This document shows positions 18,062 to 29,395 of a DNA stretch of 32,000 bases, in pieces. A program made the position numbers and the translations under genes. Below the pieces are notes generated by a model. That model worked only from the letters and a program-made list of their open reading frames with translations, ran no database searches and had not been told where the DNA came from. The DNA is taken from contig NC_000853.1 in NCBI RefSeq assembly GCF_000008545.1, positions 168,465-200,464 on the forward strand, read 5' to 3'. How positions within the stretch are numbered: the stretch's first letter is position 1; every line of letters begins with the position of its first letter. Source of the stretch: Thermotoga maritima MSB8 (GTDB lineage Bacteria > Thermotogota > Thermotogae > Thermotogales > Thermotogaceae).

Positions 18062-20272
18062 ATGTACTACAAGGTGGCTGTCTCCGGTTCGGGAAAAGTG
18101 CTGAATGTTTTCTCTTCGGAAGAGCTTTTGATAGGAGAAAGAGTGTGGTTGAACTGGCGAAACGGAAAAGTCAAGGGTTACGTACTGGAACGATCGCTTT
18201 CCCACGAAAACGAAGCAACGCCCAGTGAAAGGGACGGTAAAAGTTTTCTAAGCGAAGGACACGTGGAAATAGCAAAATGGGTGTCTGAAAGGTTTTTCTC
18301 ACCCTTAGGAATGGTTTTCGATCTGTTTTTCCCACAGGGTATCGACGATTACAAAGAGGAAGTGGTTGTTTCGGAAAGCCCGTTTTTGGATTTCGACAGG
18401 ATGACTCTGCGCGATTTTCTTGAAAATTTCGGGGAAAAAGCTCTGAAAGAAATGGTGAAAAAAGGCCTGGTGAGGGTGGAGAAAAATTTCTATGTGAAAG
18501 AGCCAAGACCTCGTGTGAAAAAGCGATTGTTTCTGAAGAAGAGAATAAGTGAAATTATTCGAGAACATCTAACTGTGAAGCAGAGAATGGTGGTGGAATA
18601 CCTTCAATTCAACGATGGGGTCCCTCTTGAGGAGCTGCTGGAGGATCTGGAGGTTTCAAAGAGTGTGATTGAAACTCTTCAAAGGAAGAATATAGTAGAA
18701 ATAGTGAGTGGTGACGTTTTTCCAAAAAAGAGAAGGATCCTTCGCGGTGATTTCAAAGGAAATATCTCGAAGGAAAATCTTTTTTTTGGTCCTACTGGAA
18801 GTGGAAAAACCGAGGCTTTGTTCGAGTTGATCGATGTGTATTCGAGGAAAGGAACTGTGCTTTTCCTCGTACCGGAAGTTTCCGTCCTCACCCACACGCT
18901 TTCACGTCTGAAGGGAGCCTTCCCGGACTTGAAAATAGGGATTTATCACAGCTACCTTTCCAGAGCGAGGAAAAATCTGGAGTGGTACAAAGCGGCTAGT
19001 GGAAAAATCGATGTGCTTTTGGGAACACGCAGTGCTGTTTTTGTTCCAGTTAAGAATCTTTCTCTCTTGATAGTCGACGAAGAACACGATGAGAGTTTTT
19101 ATCAACACACTCGACCTTCTTACGATGCCATCGTGGTTGCAAGGAAAATCTCTGAAGTTTTCGATGTTCCCATAATTCTGTCTTCTGCAACACCGGATTT
19201 GTGGACCTACAGAGAGGCAAAAGAGGGTCGCATCAGGACGTTCAATTTTACGAGAAGGTTCGGGAGTTTGTCTGTGGAAGTTGTCGATATGCGAAATGAA
19301 GAGAAGATAGGAAGTTTTGCGAAAAAGACCCTTGACAGAATAGAGGAGACCCTCGAGGAAGGCAAGAGAGTTCTCATCTACGTAAGGAGAAAAGGTTTCT
19401 GGGGCCGCGTCCAGTGTGAAGTGTGTGGGTACGTGCTCAAATGTGAAAATTGTGATGTGTCTCTGGTGTACCATTCAGATACGCATTCCTTGAAATGTCA
19501 TCAATGTGGGCGTGAGTACGGATTGGTTGAATCCTGTCCTCGCTGTGGAGGGCGTCTCGTCGGAAGAACAGCGGGAACAGAAAGAGTGGAAAGGGAACTG
19601 AAAAGGTACTTTCCGACTCGCAGGATAGCGAGAGTCGATAGAGAGGTTGTCGATAATATCATGGAGCTGGAAAGTTACATAGACAAATTGATCAGAGGCG
19701 AGATAGATATACTCGTTGGAACCAGGTTGATCACAAAGAGTCTCAGTGTACCCGAAATAGGTCTCGTATGTATCATGGATGTGGATTCTTTAATCTTCAA
19801 CCCTGATTATTCGTCTTCGCTTCGTACGTTTCAGTTGGTCGTTCAGGCACTTGGGAGAGCATCAAGAGGAGATCAGGGGAAGGCGATTATCCAGACTTAC
19901 AACCCGGAGGACACGATCATCAGAAAAGCTCTGGAAGAAGATGTGAACGGTTTTTATGCCGAAGAACTCGAAAGAAGAAAAGCCCTTGGTTATCCTCCAT
20001 ATCGTCACCTCATTCAGGTTGCTGTGAAGTCTAAGAATCCGGAAGTTGGAAAGAATTCTCTGACTTCTCTAAAAGAATTTCTGAAAGGCGAGGAGGTTCT
20101 TGGACCCGTCGAGCACTGGGTTTTCAAACTGAGAGGATTCTACAGGCACCATCTCATTGTGAAAACAGAAGACTTGGAGAGAGTACTTCCGAAACTGGAA
20201 AAAGCGTTGAGAATACTGGGAATCGATGCGATTGTTCGGGTCGATCCACCCACGCTCGAGGTATCAGATTAA
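18062..20272 (+). CDS. priA: primosomal protein N' (replication restart helicase PriA)
   Basis: Walker A GPTGSGKTE and DEEH box (IVDEEHD). Cys-rich Zn insertion (CEVCGY..CENC..CHQCG..CPRCGG). ATG at 18062 lies 1 nt after the yitT-like stop, with GGAGGAG upstream. The 12-aa ORF-track extension was dropped. Confidence 0.9.
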   Translation: MYYKVAVSGSGKVLNVFSSEELLIGERVWLNWRNGKVKGYVLERSLSHENEATPSERDGKSFLSEGHVEIAKWVSERFFSPLGMVFDLFFPQGIDDYKEEVVVSESPFLDFDRMTLRDFLENFGEKALKEMVKKGLVRVEKNFYVKEPRPRVKKRLFLKKRISEIIREHLTVKQRMVVEYLQFNDGVPLEELLEDLEVSKSVIETLQRKNIVEIVSGDVFPKKRRILRGDFKGNISKENLFFGPTGSGKTEALFELIDVYSRKGTVLFLVPEVSVLTHTLSRLKGAFPDLKIGIYHSYLSRARKNLEWYKAASGKIDVLLGTRSAVFVPVKNLSLLIVDEEHDESFYQHTRPSYDAIVVARKISEVFDVPIILSSATPDLWTYREAKEGRIRTFNFTRRFGSLSVEVVDMRNEEKIGSFAKKTLDRIEETLEEGKRVLIYVRRKGFWGRVQCEVCGYVLKCENCDVSLVYHSDTHSLKCHQCGREYGLVESCPRCGGRLVGRTAGTERVERELKRYFPTRRIARVDREVVDNIMELESYIDKLIRGEIDILVGTRLITKSLSVPEIGLVCIMDVDSLIFNPDYSSSLRTFQLVVQALGRASRGDQGKAIIQTYNPEDTIIRKALEEDVNGFYAEELERRKALGYPPYRHLIQVAVKSKNPEVGKNSLTSLKEFLKGEEVLGPVEHWVFKLRGFYRHHLIVKTEDLERVLPKLEKALRILGIDAIVRVDPPTLEVSD

Positions 20273-20305
20273 TCTTGATGTTACTTTATCGTATCTTTTT
20301 CTTAA

Positions 20306-20334
20306 TTGAAAGAGGTTGAAGGGGATGCTATTAT
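20306..20334 (+). promoter_or_regulatory. candidate sigma70-type rRNA operon promoter
   Basis: TTGAAA (20306-20311), a 17-nt spacer, then TATTAT (20329-20334). An A/T-rich tract (20281-20305) lies upstream. About 170 nt upstream of mature 16S. Confidence 0.5.
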
Positions 20335-20448
20335 TAATCTCGGCGACGTTGAGATGAAGGGTCTTCAGAAAGCGGAAAAAGAAGAATAAAACCCGGAAAG
20401 AGAAGTTACGAACTCAGAGTCGAAGCAAACTTCAAGGTTTTTGTCCCC

Positions 20449-20477
20449 GGGTCATTGAAATATGGATAGCAGCCCCC
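20449..20477 (+). other. 5' strand of the 16S rRNA processing stem (begins with GGGTCATTGAAA)
   Basis: Pairs with 22075-22103 over 29 positions, with one A-C mismatch and two G-U pairs. The core 18 nt ATATGGATAGCAGCCCCC is perfectly complementary to 22075-22092. Confidence 0.8.
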
Positions 20478-20504
20478 CAGTTTGTTGAGCCTGGATCGAA
20501 TCTT

Positions 20505-22064
<1,560 letters not shown>

Positions 22065-22074
22065 GGAGATGAAT

Positions 22075-22103
22075 GGGGGCTGCTATCCATATTCCAATGG
22101 CTC
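22075..22103 (+). other. 3' strand of the 16S processing stem, abutting the tRNA-Ile 5' end
   Basis: Complement of 20449-20477. Its last paired base (22103) is immediately followed by tRNA-Ile position 1 (22104). Confidence 0.8.
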
Positions 22104-22180
22104 GGGCTCGTAGCTCAGTCGGTCAGAGCGCACGCCTGATAAGCGTGAGGTCGGTGGTTCGAGTCCACCCGAGCCCACCA
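22104..22180 (+). tRNA. tRNA-Ile (anticodon GAT), CCA encoded
   Basis: Cloverleaf GGGCTCGTAGCTCAGTCGGTCAGAGC. Anticodon loop CTGATAA. T-arm GGTTCGAGTCC. 3' GAGCCCACCA. Confidence 0.97.
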
Positions 22181-22185
22181 TTGGT

Positions 22186-22261
22186 GGGGACGTAGCTCAG
22201 CTGGGAGAGCGCCTGCTTTGCAAGCAGGAGGTCAGGGGTTCGAATCCCCTCGTCTCCACCA
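22186..22261 (+). tRNA. tRNA-Ala (anticodon TGC), CCA encoded
   Basis: GGGGACGTAGCTCAGCTGGGAGAGC with the G3-U70 identity pair context. Anticodon loop TTTGCAA. T-arm GGTTCGAATCC. 3' TCTCCACCA. Confidence 0.97.
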
Positions 22262-22268
22262 AGGTGAA

Positions 22269-22301
22269 GGGTCATTGAAAACTGCATAGGGGAAAGTAGG
22301 A
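22269..22301 (+). other. 5' strand of the 23S rRNA processing stem (begins with GGGTCATTGAAA)
   Basis: 22269-22292 pairs with 25329-25352 (24 bp, one G-U, one A-C). A small internal loop follows. 22299-22301 then continues into 23S helix 1. Confidence 0.8.
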
Positions 22302-25322
<3,021 letters not shown>

Positions 25323-25352
25323 CGAAATCCCCTATGCAGTTTCCAGTGACCC
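25323..25352 (+). other. 3' strand of the 23S processing stem
   Basis: Complement of 22269-22301, as described for that feature. It ends 9 nt before 5S. Confidence 0.8.
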
Positions 25353-25361
25353 TTCGAAGTA

Positions 25362-25483
25362 TCCCCGGGTGCCGATACTGGGGCGGGAAACACCCGGTTC
25401 CATTCCGAACCCGGCCGTTAAGCCGCCCTGGGCCGATGGTAGTATGGGGGCAGCCCCATGCGAGAGTAGGTAGCGCCCGGGGA
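25362..25483 (+). rRNA. rrf: 5S ribosomal RNA
   Basis: Helix I TCCCCGGGTGC / GCGCCCGGGGA. Conserved CCGAACCCGG and GGTAGTA...GAGAGTAGG blocks. About 122 nt. Confidence 0.93.
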
Positions 25484-25494
25484 TTTGTTTTTTT
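25484..25494 (+). terminator. T-tract directly following 5S helix I (probable rRNA operon termination signal)
   Basis: TTTGTTTTTTT begins at the first nucleotide after the 11-bp G+C-rich terminal helix of 5S. No other hairpin-plus-U-tract combination lies before the next gene. Confidence 0.45.
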
Positions 25495-25496
25495 AT

Positions 25497-25535
25497 AGAT
25501 CACCTTTTGTTATAATAGTAACAAGGGGGTGATCT
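25497..25535 (+). promoter_or_regulatory. nested palindrome containing an extended -10 box (TGTTATAAT), an 18-bp TTGTTAT-AATA-GTAACAA inverted repeat, and an anti-SD/SD outer stem
   Basis: Outer arms AGATCACC (25497-25504) and GGTGATCT (25528-25535). Inner arms TTGTTA (25507-25512) and TAACAA (25519-25524). TATAAT at 25511-25516. RBS GGGGGTGA at 25525-25532. GTG start at 25537. Confidence 0.45.
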
Positions 25536-25536
25536 C

Positions 25537-25815
25537 GTGGCGGAAAAACTTCCTATAAAAACTGTGATGACAATCCTTGTGGAAAACAGAAGAGAAACGG
25601 CAGAGAAAGTTCAGAAGATTCTCACGGCCTGGGGTTGTCTGATCAAGACAAGACTCGGCCTTCACGATGGTGTTCTCGATAACTGCTCAGAAGCGGGTCT
25701 CATAGTTCTTGAACTTGTGGGAAGTCCTGAGCAGCACAGAGAACTGTGTGACAAACTCAACAAACTTCCGGGTGTGAAAGCAGACTACATGGAACTTTCA
25801 TTCGACGAAGAATGA
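25537..25815 (+). CDS. small ACT/NikR-C-like fold protein resembling the TM1266 'iron-only hydrogenase system regulator' family
   Basis: 92 aa. The pattern TILVENRRETAEKVQKILTAWGCLIKTRLGLH...LIVLELVG...LCDKLNKLPGVKA parallels my recollection of the family (I.VE....A.KVN.LL..YG..I.GRMG.P...II.....L..KL..I.GV). GTG start with a strong RBS. Confidence 0.55.
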   Translation: MAEKLPIKTVMTILVENRRETAEKVQKILTAWGCLIKTRLGLHDGVLDNCSEAGLIVLELVGSPEQHRELCDKLNKLPGVKADYMELSFDEE

Positions 25816-25842
25816 AGCCCCTCGAAAAGAGGGGCTTTCGTT
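25814..25842. terminator. hairpin terminator between convergent genes
   Basis: GAAGCCCCTC-GAAAA-GAGGGGCTT followed by TCGTTTT on the plus strand. It fills the whole 27-nt gap between the two stop codons. Confidence 0.75.
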
Positions 25843-26412
25843 TTACCAGGCGGTCCAGGTGACCCAGAGCCTTACGTTGGTGATGGTGACCGTGACGGTG
25901 GCACCAGTGGTGGACTCGTATTCGTTTTGACCAAAAATCACCCATAGAGTGACATCTTCGCCGTTGTTTATTCTGTTGAGGGCTGTTCTCAGAGCATCTG
26001 AATCATCGGCAGAGATGGGAAAAGAGTATTCGCTCTCCTGCGAGGTGTCAATACGGATAGTCACATCACCGGTTGTGGGCGTAGATGATGGCTCCTCAAG
26101 CGCAAATCTTATGAATCCAACGAATCTGAGATCTCCTTCAACCGTGATCTTTCCGGACACTTCGATGTTGTGGAAGTGTACCGTTCCGGGAACTCCTGCT
26201 TTCTGCTGTGCATTTTTCACATCTTCTGCTTTGACTGTGAAACTTGCCGATGTTGTTTCTAGTGTAGAAGAACTTCCCGCCGGGATCTCAAACACCTGAG
26301 GCTCGATACCGAGGTTTCCAAGATCGATGGGAATGGGCACCGGGATGCATCCAGAAATCAGTACGAGAATACCAGCTGTGATCAGAGCCGACCAGATGAG
26401 CACCCTTTTCAT
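25843..26412 (-). CDS. hypothetical lipoprotein
   Basis: Signal peptide with lipobox (MKRVLIWSALITAGILVLISGC). RBS GGAGGTGA 7 nt upstream. Beta-rich Thr/Val sequence ending in the aromatic tail WVTWTAW. Confidence 0.7.
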   Translation of the reverse strand: MKRVLIWSALITAGILVLISGCIPVPIPIDLGNLGIEPQVFEIPAGSSSTLETTSASFTVKAEDVKNAQQKAGVPGTVHFHNIEVSGKITVEGDLRFVGFIRFALEEPSSTPTTGDVTIRIDTSQESEYSFPISADDSDALRTALNRINNGEDVTLWVIFGQNEYESTTGATVTVTITNVRLWVTWTAW

Positions 26413-26446
26413 ATTTTCACCTCCTCACTATCCAAATAATAACACT

Positions 26447-26476
26447 TTGAAATTGTTTCTCAAAGCGTGTTAAAAT
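26447..26476 (+). promoter_or_regulatory. candidate promoter of the holA-like string
   Basis: TTGAAA (26447-26452), an 18-nt spacer, then TGT-TAAAAT (extended -10, 26471-26476). Confidence 0.4.
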
Positions 26477-26495
26477 CACCATGAGAGGTGATTGT

Positions 26496-27470
26496 ATGCC
26501 AGTCACGTTTCTCACAGGTACTGCAGAAACTCAGAAGGAAGAATTGATAAAGAAACTCCTGAAGGATGGTAACGTGGAGTACATAAGGATCCATCCGGAG
26601 GATCCCGACAAGATCGATTTCATAAGGTCTTTACTCAGGACAAAGACGATCTTTTCCAACAAGACGATCATTGACATCGTCAATTTCGATGAGTGGAAAG
26701 CACAGGAGCAGAAGCGTCTCGTTGAACTTTTGAAAAACGTACCGGAAGACGTTCATATCTTCATCCGTTCTCAAAAAACAGGTGGAAAGGGAGTAGCGCT
26801 GGAGCTTCCGAAGCCATGGGAAACGGACAAGTGGCTTGAGTGGATAGAAAAGCGCTTCAGGGAGAATGGTTTGCTCATCGATAAAGATGCCCTTCAGCTG
26901 TTTTTCTCCAAGGTTGGAACGAACGACCTGATCATAGAAAGGGAGATTGAAAAACTGAAAGCTTATTCCGAGGACAGAAAGATAACGGTAGAAGACGTGG
27001 AAGAGGTCGTTTTTACCTATCAGACTCCGGGATACGATGATTTTTGCTTTGCTGTTTCCGAAGGAAAAAGGAAGCTCGCTCACTCTCTTCTGTCGCAGCT
27101 GTGGAAAACCACAGAGTCCGTGGTGATTGCCACTGTCCTTGCGAATCACTTCTTGGATCTCTTCAAAATCCTCGTTCTTGTGACAAAGAAAAGATACTAC
27201 ACCTGGCCTGATGTGTCCAGGGTGTCCAAAGAGCTGGGAATTCCCGTTCCTCGTGTGGCTCGTTTCCTCGGTTTCTCCTTTAAGACCTGGAAATTCAAGG
27301 TGATGAACCACCTCCTCTACTACGATGTGAAGAAGGTTAGAAAGATACTGAGGGATCTCTACGATCTGGACAGAGCCGTGAAAAGCGAAGAAGATCCAAA
27401 ACCGTTCTTCCACGAGTTCATAGAAGAGGTGGCACTGGATGTATATTCTCTTCAGAGAGATGAAGAATAA
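26496..27470 (+). CDS. holA: DNA polymerase III delta subunit (HolA)-like protein
   Basis: Length and three-domain clamp-loader-like pattern. The N-terminal region matches my memory of HolA proteins, but the similarity is weak, so this is medium confidence. ATG at 26496 follows AGAGGTGA. Confidence 0.6.
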   Translation: MPVTFLTGTAETQKEELIKKLLKDGNVEYIRIHPEDPDKIDFIRSLLRTKTIFSNKTIIDIVNFDEWKAQEQKRLVELLKNVPEDVHIFIRSQKTGGKGVALELPKPWETDKWLEWIEKRFRENGLLIDKDALQLFFSKVGTNDLIIEREIEKLKAYSEDRKITVEDVEEVVFTYQTPGYDDFCFAVSEGKRKLAHSLLSQLWKTTESVVIATVLANHFLDLFKILVLVTKKRYYTWPDVSRVSKELGIPVPRVARFLGFSFKTWKFKVMNHLLYYDVKKVRKILRDLYDLDRAVKSEEDPKPFFHEFIEEVALDVYSLQRDEE

Positions 27471-28632
27471 CTGGTACAGCCTCGCGGCCCTTCTCTCAAC
27501 CATATACAGCAGGCACCTCGATGTGGAAGCAAGACCTGTGAAGTTTGAGGAAATAAAGAAGTTCCCTCCAGAAAAGACCATCGTTGCCTATTCCTTCATG
27601 AGTTTTGACCTTGATACCGTCAGAGAGGAAGTCAAAACATTGAAGGAAAGGGGATACACACTCATCGCGGGAGGACCGCATGTGACAGCCGATCCAGAAG
27701 GCTGCTTGAGAATGGGATTCGATCACGTTTTCACGGGGGATGGAGAGGAGAATATTTTGAAGTTCTTGATGGGGGAGAGAAAAAAGATCTTCGATGGTAT
27801 CTCAAAGAGGGTCAACCTGAACCACTACCCACCTTTCCTACCTTCGAAAGGAATCTACATGCCCATCGAAATCACGAGGGGATGCCCGTTTTCTTGTGCG
27901 TACTGTCAGACACCGATCATCGCCGGAAGACGGGTAAGACACCGCGATGTGGATGTCGTCGTTCATTACGCGAAACTCGGTGTGAAACACGGAAGGAAGC
28001 TCGCTCGTTTCATAGCTCCCAACTCCTTCGGCTATGGTTCGAAGAACGGAGTAACACCCAATGTAGAGAAGATAGAAGAACTCCTGTATGGACTCAAAAA
28101 GGTTGGTATCGAAGAAATATATTTCGGAACGTTTCCTTCCGAAGTGAGGCCAGAGTCTGTGACCGACGAAGTACTCAAAGTGGTGAAAAAGTACGTCAAC
28201 AACCGTTCCATAGTGATAGGTGCCCAGAGCGGAAGCGACAGGATCTTGAAGATCATAAAGCGTGGCCACACGGTTGAACAGGTAGAGGAAGCGATAGAAA
28301 AGATCTCTCTTCACGGTTTTATTCCACACGTTGATTTCATATTCGGCTTCCCGTTCGAAACGGAAGAGGATGTGGAGAAAACTTTCAGCTTTATTGTTAA
28401 AATAGTGGAGAGGTACGGCGCAAAGATCCATGCGCACACCTTCATGCCGCTTCCCGGGACGGAACTTTTCAACGCTGGGCCCGGAAGACTCACAGAGGTT
28501 CATTACAAATTTCTGGGGAGGCTCGCTTCAAAGGGTATTCTCGACGGTTACTGGATGAAGCAGGAAATGCTTGCGAGGAAGGTGTACGAAATTGCGAGTG
28601 GCGGCAGTACAGATGTTACCAGCGATCGGTGA
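27439..28632 (+). CDS. B12-binding-domain / radical SAM protein (MJ_1487-like family, function unknown)
   Basis: N-terminal Rossmann-like cobalamin-binding-type domain (IVAYSFMSFD...LIAGGPHVTADPE). Radical-SAM cluster motif CPFSCAYCQTP. RBS GAGGTGG 6 nt before ATG 27439. Overlaps holA by 32 nt. Confidence 0.8.
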   Translation: MYILFREMKNNWYSLAALLSTIYSRHLDVEARPVKFEEIKKFPPEKTIVAYSFMSFDLDTVREEVKTLKERGYTLIAGGPHVTADPEGCLRMGFDHVFTGDGEENILKFLMGERKKIFDGISKRVNLNHYPPFLPSKGIYMPIEITRGCPFSCAYCQTPIIAGRRVRHRDVDVVVHYAKLGVKHGRKLARFIAPNSFGYGSKNGVTPNVEKIEELLYGLKKVGIEEIYFGTFPSEVRPESVTDEVLKVVKKYVNNRSIVIGAQSGSDRILKIIKRGHTVEQVEEAIEKISLHGFIPHVDFIFGFPFETEEDVEKTFSFIVKIVERYGAKIHAHTFMPLPGTELFNAGPGRLTEVHYKFLGRLASKGILDGYWMKQEMLARKVYEIASGGSTDVTSDR

Positions 28633-29395
28633 CTTCGAAGGAAATCTGGAGAGAATAGAACAGTTCATAGAGATGGCTGTTTCGGAAGGAGCCGAAGTCG
28701 TTGTCTTTCCGGAGCTCACAATCAGTGGGTACACCTGGGACGAGGCGATTCTGAAAAGGGGAGCCTTGTTTTTCTCGGAAGTCGCAAAGAAAAAACTCTT
28801 GAAGCTTTCAAGGGAAGGACAGATACTGATAGCTGTTGGTACACCAAGGGTCGTTCTGGGAAAGCTCAGAAACTCGCTTGTGATTTTCAAGAAGAAAAAG
28901 GAATTGCTTTTCTACGATAAAACACATCTCTTTCGTGGAGAGAAAAACGTCTTTGAACCTGGGGAGTATTTCCTTGTGTTTTCTTACAGAGGGGTAGTTT
29001 TTGGCACGTTGATCTGTTATGAGATCGGCTTCCCTGAAATATCACGTATTTTAACATTCAAAGGGAGCAAAGTGATTCTTTCGGCCTTTGCTTTTGGGAA
29101 AGCTCGGGGGCACACGTACGATGTTGCCACAAGATCCAGGGCGGTTGAGAACGGAGTTTTCCTTGTGGCATCCTCCATGTGCGGCGAAGGTTTTGTGGAA
29201 TTCGTCGGAAGAACGAGAATAGTGGGTCCAAACGGAAAGGTTATGAACGAGATAGAGAGCGGTGAAGGTTTGATCTGTGAAGATCTCGATCTAGATGCTG
29301 TTTATCATTACAGATACGACGAAGAAGGAGATTCTCACGCTTACCTTAGAAACTACATATCCCACCTTTACACGCTTCAGAAGGGGAGGTTATGA
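28592..29395 (+). CDS. carbon-nitrogen hydrolase (nitrilase-superfamily amidohydrolase)
   Basis: Glu-Lys-Cys triad contexts: VVFPELTISGY, YDKTHLF, LICYEIGFPE. TTG at 28592 lies 7 nt after AAGGTG and gives MRVAAVQM. TTG at 28571 (ORF track) is the alternative start. Confidence 0.8.
   Translation: MRVAAVQMLPAIGDFEGNLERIEQFIEMAVSEGAEVVVFPELTISGYTWDEAILKRGALFFSEVAKKKLLKLSREGQILIAVGTPRVVLGKLRNSLVIFKKKKELLFYDKTHLFRGEKNVFEPGEYFLVFSYRGVVFGTLICYEIGFPEISRILTFKGSKVILSAFAFGKARGHTYDVATRSRAVENGVFLVASSMCGEGFVEFVGRTRIVGPNGKVMNEIESGEGLICEDLDLDAVYHYRYDEEGDSHAYLRNYISHLYTLQKGRL

Noticed and set aside
20354-20389. 11-codon mini-ORF (MKGLQKAEKEE) in the rRNA leader
   Set aside because: There is no SD upstream. 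It sits in a purine-rich leader where short ORFs arise by chance, and I have no evidence of conservation.
26631-27581. 316-aa ORF antisense to the holA-like gene
   Set aside because: Same codon-aligned shadow explanation, and no independent coding signal.
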